Shown piece after piece: positions 16,171 through 31,550 of a stretch of DNA of 64,000 bases. The stretch is from Octopus vulgaris (taxonomy: Eukaryota). The position numbers and the translations under genes were made by a program. Each line of letters opens with the position of its first letter. The stretch's first letter is position 1. Under the pieces are notes generated by a model. That model had not been told where the DNA came from, did not search any database, and saw only the letters and a program-made list of their open reading frames with translations. The DNA lies in contig OX597815.1 in the NCBI GenBank assembly GCA_951406725.2, positions 34,596,001 through 34,660,000 of the forward strand, written 5' to 3'.

Positions 16171-16248
<78 letters not shown>

Positions 16249-18858
16249 AAGCGACTAACACATATTGCTTGTGCACCCGAAAGCATAGCGTACATTGGAA
16301 TTATTGTAGACCTTATCAAACAGTTAGACATGGTCTAGATCACTACATCAATATCAATGTTTCACTAACAGGGTGCAGCATTTCCTTCCGGTTTTCTTTA
16401 AATTAAAGTTAAACAATATCAGCCATATTTCGAACATGCACTACCCAAAAGGTGAATTAGGTACGTACACGTGGTTTTCATATATTGCTTTAAGACCAAC
16501 GTCCATGAATTTTTTGTTGAGTGTTTTGTCTTTCATGTGCGAATGAAAACTTATCACTGTAAGTGGTTGACATATTTTTAATTCTAATTTTATAATTATC
16601 AGATATGTCTTTTTCGTGCAAATGAGAAAAAATGGGGAAATTCTTTTTTTTCTTCAAATTATCATTAAAAATGGGAAAATTCTTTTTTTCTTCAATTTAT
16701 CATTAAAAGCAAGTAACTCAAAACGTTAATATTGTTTAAACATTTGATATTTAATATTTCATATTTGCTCTATATCTATAGACAGCCTGTTTCTGTATAT
16801 TGTATGCCGTCATGGTAGAGTAATAGAACAACAGATGGACAATTAATTAATTATATTACATTCAAGCCGTGTATTTAAGTAATTTTTTTCAGATCTTGAT
16901 GGCAGAGAGAGGGAAAGAAGAAAATGGTCAACTACGAAATAATATCATGTATTTTTCAGGATAGAAATCAGAAATAATCTTCAAAGTTACCTAATTTATT
17001 TTCTTAAACACATTTTGATCATAGATTTGCTCGGTCAGAGATAACCAAGCGTTAAACAACAGCTGCAAAAAGAGGTTCTATATGGCAGACCAAGCGTCGA
17101 GAAATAGCAGCCAAAATACACTCAAATGACATACTACGGCCTTTAAAATTAGTACGAATTTGTTTTTTTCCCTTTGAGGGTCATCAATTCAAATAGGCTT
17201 TGATTATCTCTCCTTATCATTCTATATGTCAGGAGTTCTAGAAGTATCGTCACTTCCAGCATTTGATTTGATTATAGTCAGGGTTCATGTTTTCTTTCTT
17301 ACTGTCTCTGATAAATTCCCACCTTTCTCTATGACCCGTCTCTTTTCTATCGTTCAAGGCCATGTGGTGGAACTGCTGCTGATACCCTCTGGCCGATTCT
17401 GTGCTGGAGAAGAAGATACCTCCAGGAACCGTCTGGTCTTCAAAGAGTTATCATGTCCAACTAGTTTATGCAAACCACAAAGGAGATAGCAAGCCAAGGG
17501 TCAACATCGGTACCGTCACCACCCACCGGGATCCTTGTATTTAATTGTTTATACGTCTGCAGCACCACGTCTGACCAAGCGTGTGGTGCACGGCCTCTGC
17601 TTTATTCTCGAACCTAAAAACCAACACACACACTTTCAAGTGAAAGCATTGCTCCTCCAATCGAAGACTGACACTTGTCAAAGGATATCTGTGACTCCTC
17701 TTTCGAGGACGTGTGGAAGCGCTCCTTGTTATTCGCAACATTGAAAGATAACACAGTCGTTTTTGTCACTTGCTGGATAAATTCTTTTGGCAAAGCAGCA
17801 GATTATCTCGACATATATCAATCAAATTTTCGCTTGTTCCTGGAGCTACTTCATAGCAAAGAATTCCCTTTTGCTACAATGCTAGTAAAAAAATAAAATA
17901 AATACTGTCGAGGCAGTCCTTAATATTTTTTTCTCGTTTAAATTAGCATTTTCAACTTTATCGTTATTTTTGTGGCATTAGAAGTTGGACTATTAATGAA
18001 TGCACTATAAAACCTGTCAGTTTAAATTTTCATATTGCTTTTTTTTTTAATCATTAGTTTTATAAACTATTCGCAGGTTTGAAACATCATCGGCGGATTT
18101 TTTTTTTTTTTTTTGCTACAACCACTATTACTAATTCAAGTAATTTTCTACTCCAAGAGTGAAATAAGGTTGACCTCAGCACTCTACAATTCCAACCGTC
18201 TTCCACTTTTCGTACGAGATCCTGATGCACCTAGAAATGTTTATGAATATTTGGGGTGTCACCTGATCCATATAAGGTTCTACATCATTCGAAATAAAAT
18301 TTCATGAACGTTCAAAGCTAACAACATGGTCTTTACCGAAAGCCTGTCGCTCTGGAGGTACATGATAAAACTCAAGTTGGCGCGACAATGATACCCCCTC
18401 ACATACCCAGATGATCTTTCACCTTTTTTATTTTCATTTCTTTATGAAAACGAAGTGAAGGTGAGAGTGGTTAGGTTGTAGGTTCACTTCCTGGACGAGG
18501 TGGCCTATTGTGTTCTTCAGCAAGGCACTTCAATTCACGCTGCTTCAGTTTACTCAACTGTAATGAACACCAGCTGGAGCAGAAATCTCTCCATCCAGCT
18601 GTGACATCCTGGATATTCCGATGGACAAGAGTAAGAGAGCCGAATGACAACATAGGTACCTAAAATAATCAACAAAAGCACAGTAAATGTTACCATGTCA
18701 TATTCGCTCACTCGTGACGGCTGGCAGTACTATACGAACTGGTCTATAAATGTATTTGGCGTGATGCGCTGTTTTCTGTTCCTTGTAGTTTATAGAGTAA
18801 TGCTTTGTAGAAACTGGGAGCAGTTTAGTATAATCCATGATGTATCAGATATATTGTT

Positions 18859-19217
<359 letters not shown>

Positions 19218-19220
19218 AAT

Positions 19221-19625
19221 AGTGGCTGTGTGGTAAGTAGCTTGCTAACCAACCACATGGTTCAGGGTTCAGTCCCACTGCGTGGCATCTTGGGCAAGTG
19301 TCTTCTGCTATAGCCCCGGGCCGACCAATGCCTTGTGAGTGGATTTGGTAGACGGAAACTGAAAGAAGCCTGTCGTATATATGTATATATATATATAAGT
19401 GTATGTGTATGTGTTTTTGTGTCTGTGTTTGTCCCCCTAGCATTGCTTGACAACCGATGCTGGTGTGTTTACGTCCCCGTCACTTAGCGGTTCGGCAAAA
19501 GAAACCGATAGAATAAGTACTGGGCTTACAAAGAATAAGTCCCGGGGTCGATTTGCTCGACTAAAGGCGGTGCTCCAGCATGGCCGCAGTCAAATGACTG
19601 AAACAAGTAAAAGAGTAAAAGAGTA
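19221..19625 (+). mobile_element. SINE family A, nearly full length
   Basis: Sequence match to other copies. Confidence 0.92.
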
Positions 19626-20789
19626 TATATATTTATATATATATATATATAAAAGTGACGTTGTTGCTTCTTCTGTTGGACAAATGCAGAGTAGGTGTGC
19701 GATCTAAGAATGCTGTGCTTCTTTCTGCTTTCTGTATGTACTTTCAATATTATGCAAGCGTTGTATGCAATTCCTAGTTTTCTGTAAATGTAGCATGTTT
19801 ATGTTCTTGAGTGTGATGCTTGGCGGTAATTTATGTTTTCTTGTATTACCGATAAGAGGAAAGATTACACTGCGTTACGTCTGTTGTTTGGTGCAAGTTC
19901 CCTTGAGATTGCTACAAGGTTAGAGCAGGTGAGTAACTGTGACTAGAGAACGATATTAGAGTAATGCTATCTGTGCATGAGACTGTGCGTATATTTTGAG
20001 GAAATGTGGTGAGGATCGTGTGAATATAATTTTATGAATGTGGGTGCGACGACGACCTTGTAGTGTTCCATTTGTATAATTTTAAACTTTCTCTTACATC
20101 GACTTAGTACTGGCAAGATAGTTTACAAACCAGCGTTTTGTGTTTTGTTTCTTAAGAAGAAAATAATATATTTTAAGTATAAAAGTATAGCCGGAGTGTT
20201 GATTTCAAAGTTTTGCTCATGTTGATTGCTAGACTAGCAGGAGGGTTTTGTTGATGAAGCTGTCATCTTTGTGTAAAGTTCGTTGATGAAATTGTGGCTG
20301 AGTGTAGTTGTCTGAGCCCGTTTCTGATTTAGAGAAGGAAAATTATGGCTTCATAATATCAAGGCTGTAGGTTGCAGACGTACAAAGATGGGTGGCGGTT
20401 CTGTGTGAAAGTATTTGGATGTTTTGCTGGGCTTTAGAATTCTGCTAGTTTGCCTAGTTACCAAATTTTAGGGATTGGCTGTGTTAGGTCAAGCAGTTGC
20501 ATGTTTTGGGAAGTACAGCGATTCCTTCCGGCCCAACACGATTTGGTGATTGGATGTATGTTTGTGATTTAGTCTGGTCCTAGGACTTTTGTGATTTAGT
20601 CTGGTCCTAGGACTTTTTGCGATTTTGAATTTCCCTATTGCTGAAGTAAAAGGAAGGCAATAGGTGACAGAATCGGTAGGACGGAGGTGAAACTGCTTCG
20701 TTGTATTTAGCTACGTCATTTTATATTCTGAAACATGAAAAGCAAAGTACCGGCGAATAATCTTACCAAATAATAATAGCGATAACAAT

Positions 20790-21508
20790 GACGACGACGA
20801 CGAGGAGGAGGAGAAGGAGGAGGAGGAGGAGGAGGAGGAGGAGGAGAGGAGATTGGAGGGATAGGGAGAAGGATATGAAGAGGAGGAGGAGAGGAAGGGG
20901 GGAGGAGGAGAGGAGGAAGATGGGGAGGAGCAGGAGGAGGAGGAGAGGAGGCAGATGGGGAGGAGGAGGAGGAAGATGGGGAGGAGCAGGAGGAGGAGGA
21001 GAAGGAGAGGAGGAAATTGGAGGGATGGGGAGGAGGACAAGAAGAGGAGAGGAGGAGGAGAGGAGGAGGAGAGGAGGAAGATGTGGAGGAGGAGAGTTTT
21101 GATGGTGCATAAGTGCCTATAGTATATTGGTAATAAGTTGGACTGACAAAAGGAGAATGATGAAGTTCACTAAATTTTACAGACCGCAATACAAGAAAAA
21201 AGTTATTTAAAACAAAGGTTGGTAAGAAAAACTAGTAAAATAGTTTAAAAGAACTGACAAAGAAAAAATTAATAAATGAGTAAATATACATGTAAGCAAG
21301 ACAAACGGGTTGGCGGGGGGGGGGGGCAGAGAGAAGAACGATGAAATAAAAGAAAGGAAAAGAAAAAGAACAACGAGAGAATGGAGCAGAGAATGAAAGT
21401 TTAAAAACAAATATAGTAATGAAAAAAGAAAGAAAGAAAGAAAGAAAGAAAGAAGGAAAGAAAGAAAAAAAGAAAGAAAGAAGGAAAGAAAGAAAGAAAG
21501 ATGTAGAC

Positions 21509-21543
<35 letters not shown>

Positions 21544-21678
21544 ATGAATGAATGAAAAAAGAAAGAAAGAAGGAAAGAAAGAATAAATGAATGAACAAAA
21601 GAAAGAAAGAAGAAAGAAAGAAAGAAAGATGTGGACAGAAAGAAAGAAAGAAAGGAAGGAAGAAAGAAAGATGTAGAC

Positions 21679-21713
<35 letters not shown>

Positions 21714-21842
21714 ATGAATGAAAAAAGAAAGAAAGAAGGAAAGAAGAAAGAAAGAAAGATGTGGACAGAAAGAAAGAAAGAAAGAATGAATGAAAAAAGA
21801 AAGAAAGAAGGAAAGAAGAAAGAAAGAAAGAAAGATGTAGAC

Positions 21843-21874
<32 letters not shown>

Positions 21875-21884
21875 GTAGACAGAC

Positions 21885-21931
<47 letters not shown>

Positions 21932-22023
21932 ATGAATGAAAAAAGAAAGAAAGAAGGAAAGAAGAAAGAAAGAAAGATGTAGACAGAAAGAAAGAAAGAA
22001 AGACAGAAAGAAAGATGTAGAAA

Positions 22024-22063
<40 letters not shown>

Positions 22064-22460
22064 GAAGGAAGTGAGAAAGAAAGCTGGAGAGAAACAAAGA
22101 AAAACGACAAATATAAAGCTTATCTAAGAAAGGAAAGTAGAGAAAGAATGCAAAATCACTCGAAAAATTTACATGGAAAGACAGAAGAGATTTGAGAAAA
22201 GGGAGAGAAGAAAGAAGAAATCGGAAGGAAATAACTTGGAGTGAACGAAGAAAGGAGAAATAGAAAGGATAAGATGACAGACGACAAAGAGACAAGAAGT
22301 CAGACGAAAAAAAAATATATAAAATAACGAAAGAAATGAGAGAAAAAACAGACATGAGGAGGAAAGGAAGAAAGATGTAGAGAGAGAGAGAGAGAGAAAG
22401 TAGGAAAGGAGAAGGAATAGTAAAGAATAGTAAAGATGAGGAGAAGTGGAGAAAGATTGG
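20790..22460. repeat. Purine-rich block: (GGA)n then (GAAA)n with recurring higher-order units (gatgtagacag, gaatgaatgaaaaaa)
   Basis: Directly visible. Confidence 0.92.
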
Positions 22461-23491
22461 TGGCGATGTAGTGTAAGTAGAGTGAATGGGAGGGTGGGAG
22501 ATTGGGAGTGTGAGTGAAGCTACGATGAGTCATCCCGGAAGTGAGTGTGTGTATGTACGTACGTACGCATGTATTTATGTATGAAAGAATGTACGTATGT
22601 ACGTACGCATGTATGTATGTATGAAAGAATGTATGTATGTACGTACGCATGTATGTATGTATGAAAGAATGTATGTTTGTACGTACGCATGTATGTATGT
22701 ATGTATGTATGTATGTATGTATGTATGTATGTATGTATGTATGTATGTATGTATCTGTGTGTGTGTATGTTTTTGTATATACGTTTGTGCTATATGCTAT
22801 CAATAATATGTTTGCGTTTGTACTATTTTGAATAATAATAAAATCTGATCGCCGGTAACTTCATGACGAACCGGTAATTGCCACGATTTACTAATTGGAA
22901 ACCCGTTTTTACTTACAGTGCAAATTATATTCGAAAAATTATGAACACCACATAATATCACAACTAAAATTTTCATTTTCAAGCAATACAAAATGAATTT
23001 ATTATTCACAAACTATTGTTTATTTAGCTCCAGGTCAGACTTGCTTCGGAAAAGCTAATGTAGTCAAACTATCTAAGCCCAACATTTTAAGACATAGGGC
23101 AACGATTTCCATCCCTTCTTGACATTCCCCTCCCCGGTTTGATGTAGTCTTTCACTTTCCAAAACAGAGAGATTGCATAACAGTATTTTCTATCTATATA
23201 GCAAGCATTCCAATTTGTCATGCTTTCGTTATATTTCCTTCGCTGTTAAGTAATATGTTTATGGCCCTTCTCGTTATCCTCCCTCTGCTTTTATGTAATA
23301 TATGCATGACACCTTCCGTTATACTCCCCCTGATGTTAACCTATATATATATGTATGTACGAATGTATGTATGTATGTGTGTATGTATGTATGTATGTAT
23401 GTATGTATGTATGTATGAATATATATACATACATGCATACGTATACCTACATACATACATGCATGCATACATACATACATACATACATACA

Positions 23492-23523
<32 letters not shown>

Positions 23524-23615
23524 CCTACCTACATACATACATTCATACATACATACATACATTCATACATACATACATACATACATACATATAAACGTAC
23601 ATATATGAATACATC

Positions 23616-23984
23616 TATTCTTTTATTTTTTTACTTGTTTCAATCATTTGACTGCGGCTATGCTGGAGCACCGCCTTTAGTCGAGCAAATCAACCCCTGA
23701 GCTTATTCTCTGTAAGTCTAATACTTTTTCTATCGGTCTGTTTTGCCGAACCGCTAAATTACGGTGACGTAAACATACCAGCATCGGTTGACAAGCGATG
23801 TTGAGGAGGACAAAAACACACACACATATATACGACGGGCTTCTTTCAGTTTCCGTCTACCAAATCCACTCACAAGGCTTTGGTCTGTCCGAAGCTAGAA
23901 TAGAAGACACTTGCCCAAGGTGCCACGGAGTGGGACTGAACCCTGAACCATGTTGTTGGTAAGCAAGCTACTTACCACACAGCC
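23616..23984 (-). mobile_element. SINE family A, followed by an older diverged copy (about 23985-24420, minus)
   Basis: Sequence match to family A. Confidence 0.85.
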
Positions 23985-24262
23985 TTTTATCTTTTATCTT
24001 TTATCTTTTACTTGTTTCAGTCGTTGAACTACGGCTATGCTGAGGCGATGCCTTGAAGGGTCTTAGACAAACAAATCGATTCCCAGAACTTGTTTTGGAA
24101 TCCGGTATTTATTCTATCGATCATTTTTGCAGGACTGTTAAGTTACGGGAATGTAAACAAACCAATACCACTTGTCAAGCGGGGGAGGTGGCGCAAACAG
24201 GCACAAAGTCAAACATACTGTCACACTCATATGTGTGTATGTGTGTGTGTGTATACACACAC

Positions 24263-24294
<32 letters not shown>

Positions 24295-24879
24295 AACACA
24301 CACACAGTTTCTGTGAACTAATTCACTTACAAAGCATTGGTTGATCCGGAGCTTTTGCAGAAGACATTCGTTAAGATGCAACGCAGTGGGACTGAATTCA
24401 AAACCTCAAGGATGCAAATCGAAGAACCAGCAATATATATATATACAAATGGGTTTGTATGTGTGTGTATGTGTGTTGTGTATACATCCGTATGTGTGTG
24501 TGTATTGTGTTCCTATTGTTATAATAACTACCTTTACGAAGGTTGTCTCACTTCTTTGCTAGTTTTTAGTCAATTAGTCATCTATTTAATTAATTAACTA
24601 GTCGATTGTTTGATTAATCTTTCGGTCAATCAATCAATCTGATCGAAAGCAGACCTGTAGTGGAGTGATCGTGTCACTAATGAGATCGTGAATGGCGAGT
24701 AAAGGACTCTGCCGAACCCAGTTGATTGATTGATCGAGCATATGAGTGTGATTAATTGATGTGTGTGTGTGTGTGTGTGTGTTGATGTTTACATCTGTCG
24801 TAAGGTCTGTCTTTTATAGCGTCTATGAACATTTCGCTTGTATTGGTATCATCTGCAGGAAAATGAGATACAAAGTAAA

Positions 24880-25365
24880 TCCCTTCATTGCATAATGATT
24901 GTACTTTAGTGATGTTAAAGAAGAATTAGTTACCAGGTTCTCTCTCAATGGAGGACGTTTAAAAAGTCTCTTTCAATGGAAATTGGAAATCTGGAGCGCG
25001 GTGTCTTGATTGGATGTGGATAACATACAATTATGTGGTAGAGCAGCCAAGGAAAGTGGTAAGAGTGGTATTGTATATATGTAGGAGTGAATGCTGCCAG
25101 AATTGACATTGAGAATGTTATTCAATATTCAGGAAGAAGAGTGGGAGTAACCTAACCTAAACCCTAAGCGCAGTAGAATTGATAGAGTGTGTGTTGGAGT
25201 GAGTGAGCCACGTGAGCACTTGCTGCGATGGAAGCTGTTTAATGGGAAACTTCCGATCCACGAGATAAGAGACGGATGGAACCCATATATGAGTAGCTTT
25301 ACTTAGAGGCTCTCGCGTTAGACACACTTGAAAGCTTTGTTGATGTCAAGTCAACAAGATTGCTT
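24880..25365 (-). pseudogene. Highly decayed LINE (CR1/Jockey-group) reverse transcriptase fragment
   Basis: Hand translation LDINKAFKCV*RESL*VKLLIYGFHPSLISWIGSF...SNTHSINS...IHSY resembles LDxSKAFDxV...KL..YG...L..WI.SFL; stops and frameshifts. Confidence 0.65.
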
Positions 25366-25960
25366 TCGTTGAATTTCTCATGAAAAAACCGCTGGTGCGT
25401 GTCGGTGGAGAGCAACTCCCCGGTTGATAGATATATGGTTATACGAAAACTATATTGATATTAATTGATTGGGAAAGACATTGAAGATGATAAAAGAGAT
25501 GATTGCTTTCCAATACTTAATATATCATATTATATTAGACAATAACTATATAAAATATGAAAACTACATAAAGTATTCGGAGAGTTAAATAAATTTCCGG
25601 ACCGAAATTTTCAAAAAGCATCAGAGAGGAGGAAAAGGATATTTTTAATTAGATGGCTAGAAAAATGGAAATTAACGATATTGTTGGAACGATTAAAGAT
25701 CACGCTATAACTTGACTTGCTTGTGCAAGAAAATATTTCAATTAAGTCTTCCTTTCCATGATAGAAAAATGAATCCAGTATCTTAAGATACGGAAACTTT
25801 GAAAATTATCATGGGTTCTTCTCTTCTCTTTCTGAGTAAGCCATAGAAAATCTTTAAAAATTGGCAACAGATAGTATGACTGACCTGAGTGTCTTTACAT
25901 ATCGGCAAAGATTTGTGTCCTCAACTTGAGTTGTAGGGCTGCCGTCGTGACACACGGCCA

Positions 25961-26061
<101 letters not shown>

Positions 26062-26654
26062 CCTGGTTGAGTCCATTCCTCTGTAGGTTTGATCACAGTC
26101 AATTTCTTAGACAAAAATAGGCAGACAACATAAGTAAAGTGGAAGCAGAAGGTAAAAACTGAAATCCATGAAATTCCAAAGAAAAAAGTAGCAATAAAAG
26201 ATGACTCATATCTTGAGGTTTTCGGCATATGTCAGGGAGATTTGTGAAAACCAGAAATGAGTAAACATCAGCCTAAATTTAAGCCTTGTGGTTGTGTAAA
26301 GAGATGGTATTTATCAATAGAGACGAAATTATAACACATATTAGAAGTTCATAGCCTACATGGAACATTGAGAGAACGACTTCGTAGTTGCTCAAGCTGC
26401 GGTGAAATCAATCTCATATACCGCCACCGTCTTAAAAATAGAAGAATGGATTGGACAATGTAGTTCTCGATGGACTATTCCTGATAAAAAGTATATAGTG
26501 GCCTCATGGCTTGAGAGCACTTGCCCAAGGTGCCACGGAGTGGGACTGAACCCTGAACCATGTTGTTCAAGCACTGGGTCAAGTAATCAACTAGCCCCTC
26601 CCACAAAACCTCATGCTTTGTGCCTATAGTGGAAAGGATTATTATAGTTTTGAT

Positions 26655-29571
26655 TAGGCGGTTGCGCCTGAGAAAATATTTAGCGGCATGACTTCTGGGT
26701 TTACGTTCTAAGTTCAAATACCGCCTTTGTCTTTCATCCTTTTGGGGTCGATAAAACTCATATATCTCCTCGATTAGGACTAATCTGAAGCTAAACATCA
26801 ACGAAGATGTTATAAATATGGTTTTACAATTCATACATGTCACAAATTTATGATGAGCAAAATAGTATTAGCGAGAAAAATCAAGACAAGATATATATTT
26901 TCATTTTCATGGAGTTTACAGTGCTTATATAAGTTGGAATGTTTAGAAAACAGAGTGTTTCCGGATTAATAGCAGCGAGCAGGTTGAGCTGTCGTTGAGT
27001 GGAATAACTCGTGATACTTGTTCCGTCTCTCAACGCTCTGAGTTCAAATCAAACCGGGGTCAACTTTGTCTTTCACGCTTTCGATATCAGTAAAAAAGAA
27101 AAGCACCTGTCCAGAAAGGTGATTGACGGAAATGTTGGAAAGTTGGGCAAGATACCTTGCAGTACTTGAGCATTGTTGGGATGGGGCGAAGGGCAGTCTA
27201 CCCCGTGCGACGCTTTTATGAGGACGGAACTTTTGAATCTGCTGTATAAGCCTATATAGGCTTATTGCATTCTGTAGAGGAGACAAAATCAAGGGCTACT
27301 CTGGACAGCACACACACTAGCTCCCTCACTAACAGCAACTTATGCGACCACAATAGTGCCAAACTGCATCGGATTAAGTTGGTGACCTTACTCTTAAATA
27401 AACACTGGTAGCTTGAAGATGAAAGGCTTGCATCCATGGTCTTCCAGGCTGTTTTTTACAAAATATTTTGCACGAGCCAGCTCATAAATATACAGCAGTA
27501 TGATCAACCTTGACCGAGATGAGACCCCCTATAGCTATCCAGTAAACTTGGTTAGCATGTTTAAGATCCGACAACATTTTTTAAAAAATCAATTCTTATT
27601 ATAATTTTGATTAGGCAGTGAGCTGACTGAATTGTTATCGCGCCGGACGAAATGCTTAGTGACATTTCATCCATCTTTACATTCTGAGTTCAAATTCCGC
27701 CGAGATCGATCGACCTCATTCTTTTGGGGTCGATAAAATAAGTACCAGTCAAGCACTGGGTCGAGTAATCAACTAGCCACTCCTCCAAGACTTCGTGCTT
27801 TGTACCTATATTGGGAAGTATTATTATAGTTTAGATGAGGCGGTTGCGCCTGAGAAAATATTTAGTGGCATGTCTTCTGGGTTTACGTTCTAAGTTCAAA
27901 TACCGCCTTTGCATTTCATCCTTTTGGGCTCGATAAAACAAGTACCAGTCAAGCACTAAGGTCAACTTCCCCAAAATTGCTGGCCTTGTGTCAAAATTTG
28001 AAACCATTATTATAGTATAGATAAACGATAGAGGAATAAAACTTTAACAAATAGTAAATACGTACATAATATCAGATAAAGCCTGAAAGAAGAGCATTAC
28101 ATTTATGGGAAGTATTATATTATTATTGCTGTTGCTTCTGTTTTTGATGTTGTTATTACTGTTTAGCCCCAGGTCAGCGTTAATCGAAAAGACTTATGAT
28201 CAAAGATGTTCAAGCTATGATCAGTGTGCATACAAAATCACATTATTCAATGAATCCTTCCTTAAATATATTTAAATTAGAAGTGTGTGATTTGAGGGAG
28301 ATTTGAATGCTATTTCTTGCAATTTGAGTGACCGCTTAGAGGCTTCTATGTAAACTGTATATGTAGTCTCAGAACTAGCAGTTTATAATTCATTCGCTTT
28401 TAGAACAAGGGATATTTGATAGAAAAAGCTGGAATGGGAGAGCACGGAGAGAGGGAGAAGAGAAAGAAAGAAAGATGAAATGGGGAGTGGAGAGAATAAT
28501 ATGAATTTGGAGAAAATTTTATGATAGCCAAAGGTCTGATAAATATTGAATTCTTTTGATAAAACCCTATATTTAAGAAAGGAAATTGAATTTCGTAATG
28601 TCCATGCTATTTGCAGGAGCATTAGCGATGTAAGTGAAGTGGAAGGACAATAATCGGAAATCGAAACCGAGTCGAGGATGCGGCTACCCGAGATGTTGGC
28701 TTGCTTTTACTGTACATTGATTTTTCGTTGAGCATTTCTTTCCTAAGGGTCTTAGTGACATAAGAAAAGGGAAATGTCTACTAGTGGGAAACGAAATTGA
28801 AATTTCCACACGCTTGTCTTAAACAGCATGGATTACACGTGGGAAAAATCCAGCAGCCGTTCAAGTCTATGATGAGGATCGTTCTACTGCTTTTCTTTTA
28901 AAAACGGTTAAGTAGTTTTGCCGAATCTGTTTGGCTTATAACGAATAGTTAGAATGACTGGACGGACATGGAAATTTGGAATGGAATAAATTAAAGCACA
29001 ACCTTAACTTCTTTATCAAAGGTACTCATCACGTACTTGCGGCGAACTGGCGGAATCGTCAGAGCGTTGGATAGAGAGCCTAGCAGTGTTTGTCCCAACT
29101 CTGAGTTCTAATCCCGCCGAGGTCAACTTTGCCTTCCATCCTTTTGGGAGCCATAAAAACAGTACCAGTCCATGGGTGAGGATTGGCGGGACTAAGAACG
29201 TCGGTTCTGAAGCTTTGTGGTATTTGTTCCGGCTCTTGCGTTTTTAGTTCAAATCCCGCCATAGCGCATGTGGGTTCTAGACTTAATCCATTGCCATGTT
29301 TAACACTAGCTCCTTAGTTGCCTTTAGTGGAGTCTATTCTGCTGTATGCATTCGGACTAGGTCTCCAGTTTCAGGATCTCTCTCTCTCTCTCTCTCATTC
29401 CCTTCCCACTAGTCATGGAAGCGTTGTGAAGTGTCATAGGCTTTGTCCATCCCCTCTAGCAAAAATTTAACAACAAATCTTTATGTCCTGAGTGAAGGCC
29501 GAATGAAAAGGTCTGCTTCTGGGTGAAAAAAAATTTAAGTGTGTGAGGTAGGATGTGACTGAGTGATCCAG

Positions 29572-29639
<68 letters not shown>

Positions 29640-30325
29640 TTCTCGTGTCAAAATATATCTAAACAGAAAAATCAAATACCATTACGCAGGCTTTCTGAAA
29701 AAAATTCAGCCGATGCATCGGAGAGCTAAAAAAGAGGCCCCTGGTTATCTGCCGAGCCCATACCCTTAAAAATAATCACAGAGCCCTTGAATTCTGGGAA
29801 GAATGTTATTCTTGGCTCCCAAAAGCAGTCTTGTTATTCTTCTTAAACCGTTCACACCCTGTCGAGCATAGGTTATTGACAACTTTTTTCCACTTCACTC
29901 AACTCCGTATTTTCTGCTCCTCTCCATTTGAATCCCTGCTTTTTCCCCTTCATCATATTTTCCTGAGAGAAGATATCCCTCTTCCAGGTCTTGGTTTTGA
30001 ATTATTGATGCTTCTTTAACCCAGCTTTTTTTTTCTTTCTAGGTTGAGGTGCTGGACCTACGCAAACCCATTTTTACCTCTGAGAAGAAGTGATCAATAT
30101 TGGTCTGGTTTAAGGCGGTATGCTGGTAGAATCGTTAGCACGCCGGGCAAAATGCTCAACGGCATTCTGTTCGCCTTTACGCTCTGAGTTCAAATTCCGC
30201 CGAGGTCGACTTTGCCTTTCATCCTTTCAGGGTCGATAAAATAAGTATCAGTTGAGCACTGGGGTCGATGTAATCGACTTACCCCTACCCCGAAATTACT
30301 GGCCTTGTACCAAAATGTGAAAACA
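26655..30325 (+). mobile_element. Cluster of at least 7 co-oriented diverged or partial copies of SINE family D (about 26655, 26975, 27612, 27835, 29040, 29200, 30112)
   Basis: Shared gagttcaaattccgccgaggtcgactttgcctttcatcctttcggggtcgataaa segment; recalls the MetaSINE central domain (from memory, not verified). Confidence 0.75.
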
Positions 30326-31022
30326 ATACCATTTTGGTCTCTTTCTTTTGATCTATCCAACATGAAAAGCCCTAGCAGAAGATTTCCCTTCGTTGGCATA
30401 GCTCTCAGGGTCATTGAGGCACTCAAACCACTTCACCACAAGAACTGGACCTTGTAGTGACAGTCTTTGTTATGCCTTACCAAATTTATCACGGAACTCA
30501 ACCATAATGAATTATATAGTAAGACATACAAGTTTGGCCGATAGTCAGCCCTCATCAAGCGGGTCTATTATCAAGTATGTTGCGGGCGTGAAATTTAACA
30601 GGTAGCTAGAAGATTAATTGACCGCATACAGGTTCTCTTGCATTCACAGGTGCTGTTCCGTTGCTGGTTTGTGATAATAAATTTGTTATTGTCGTTCTTA
30701 TTATTGCTATTTAGCCCATATCAAGATTCATTGACCTTTTAGCTTTGACCATCCTCTTTACTCTTCAGACGTAATACACCTCAATCTACAACCAATGAAT
30801 CCTTCCTTTATCTTTTTAAGGGGCGCGGCGCGGTGGGGATGGGGAGAGTTTGGTTGCTCTTTCTAGCAACATTATTTATCAGAAACAGCATTATATTTTT
30901 ATGTCAGACTACATATTTCAGTGACATGCCTTCTTTGTTGAGATCTAATGATCTAATGGCTAGGTTCCTATTTGTCACAAAGAGCTACATTTCGATAGAC
31001 CATATTATGCCAGTATATAAAA

Positions 31023-31060
<38 letters not shown>

Positions 31061-31110
31061 TTACCCTAAGAAGGTTTCAGCAAATATATAGCTACTGTAG
31101 AAGGTATCTA

Positions 31111-31550
31111 GGATCTTTTCGGTTTGAACGGCATTTTTTTCTAGCGGTGTCATATGAAATTTTCACCCATAATTATGACCCTAGTATCGATCTATTGCAT
31201 TTCAATCTGTTTTAGGGTTAGATTTAGTTAGGGTTAGGGCTGGGGATGGGGGGAAGGGTATCTTTTTTTCTTCACAAATGTAAATAAACCCAATCTGTTT
31301 CTTAAACGAGGGACATATTCATACGGCACAGAATGTTTTTTTTACCTCAATGGACGTCAGTGATTGGTTGAAATTGCTGAAATTGAAGAAGAAAAAACAT
31401 CAACAAATATCTTACAAACTATAGAATTTTCTCAATAAAGCCAAGAGAAAAAAGATGTTTTATAAACACATTCTACCAGTATACGAAGTTTAAATTTTTT
31501 TAGTTACCTAGAAATTATGTTAAAAACTGCCGTTCAAACCGAAAAGATCC
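31111..31550. mobile_element. MITE with GG-ended TIRs and perfect 8-bp TSD (Merlin-like), containing a few TTAGGG units
   Basis: TIR ggatcttttcggtttgaacggca / tgccgttcaaaccgaaaagatcc; TSD ggtatcta at 31103-31110 and 31551-31558. Confidence 0.92.

Noticed and set aside
18150-18420. Faint mariner-like transposase similarity (also 56050-56300) and a faint RT-like stretch at 19700-20600
   Set aside because: Too degenerate to support by eye; needs a translated search
20562-20617. Short direct repeats (about 28 bp x2 here; about 39 bp x2 at 16630-16710) as CRISPR-like
   Set aside because: Adjacent tandem duplications without spacers in eukaryotic DNA
21207-22355. 382-aa FLSF-repeat ORF resembling a membrane protein
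   Set aside because: Translation of (GAAA)n
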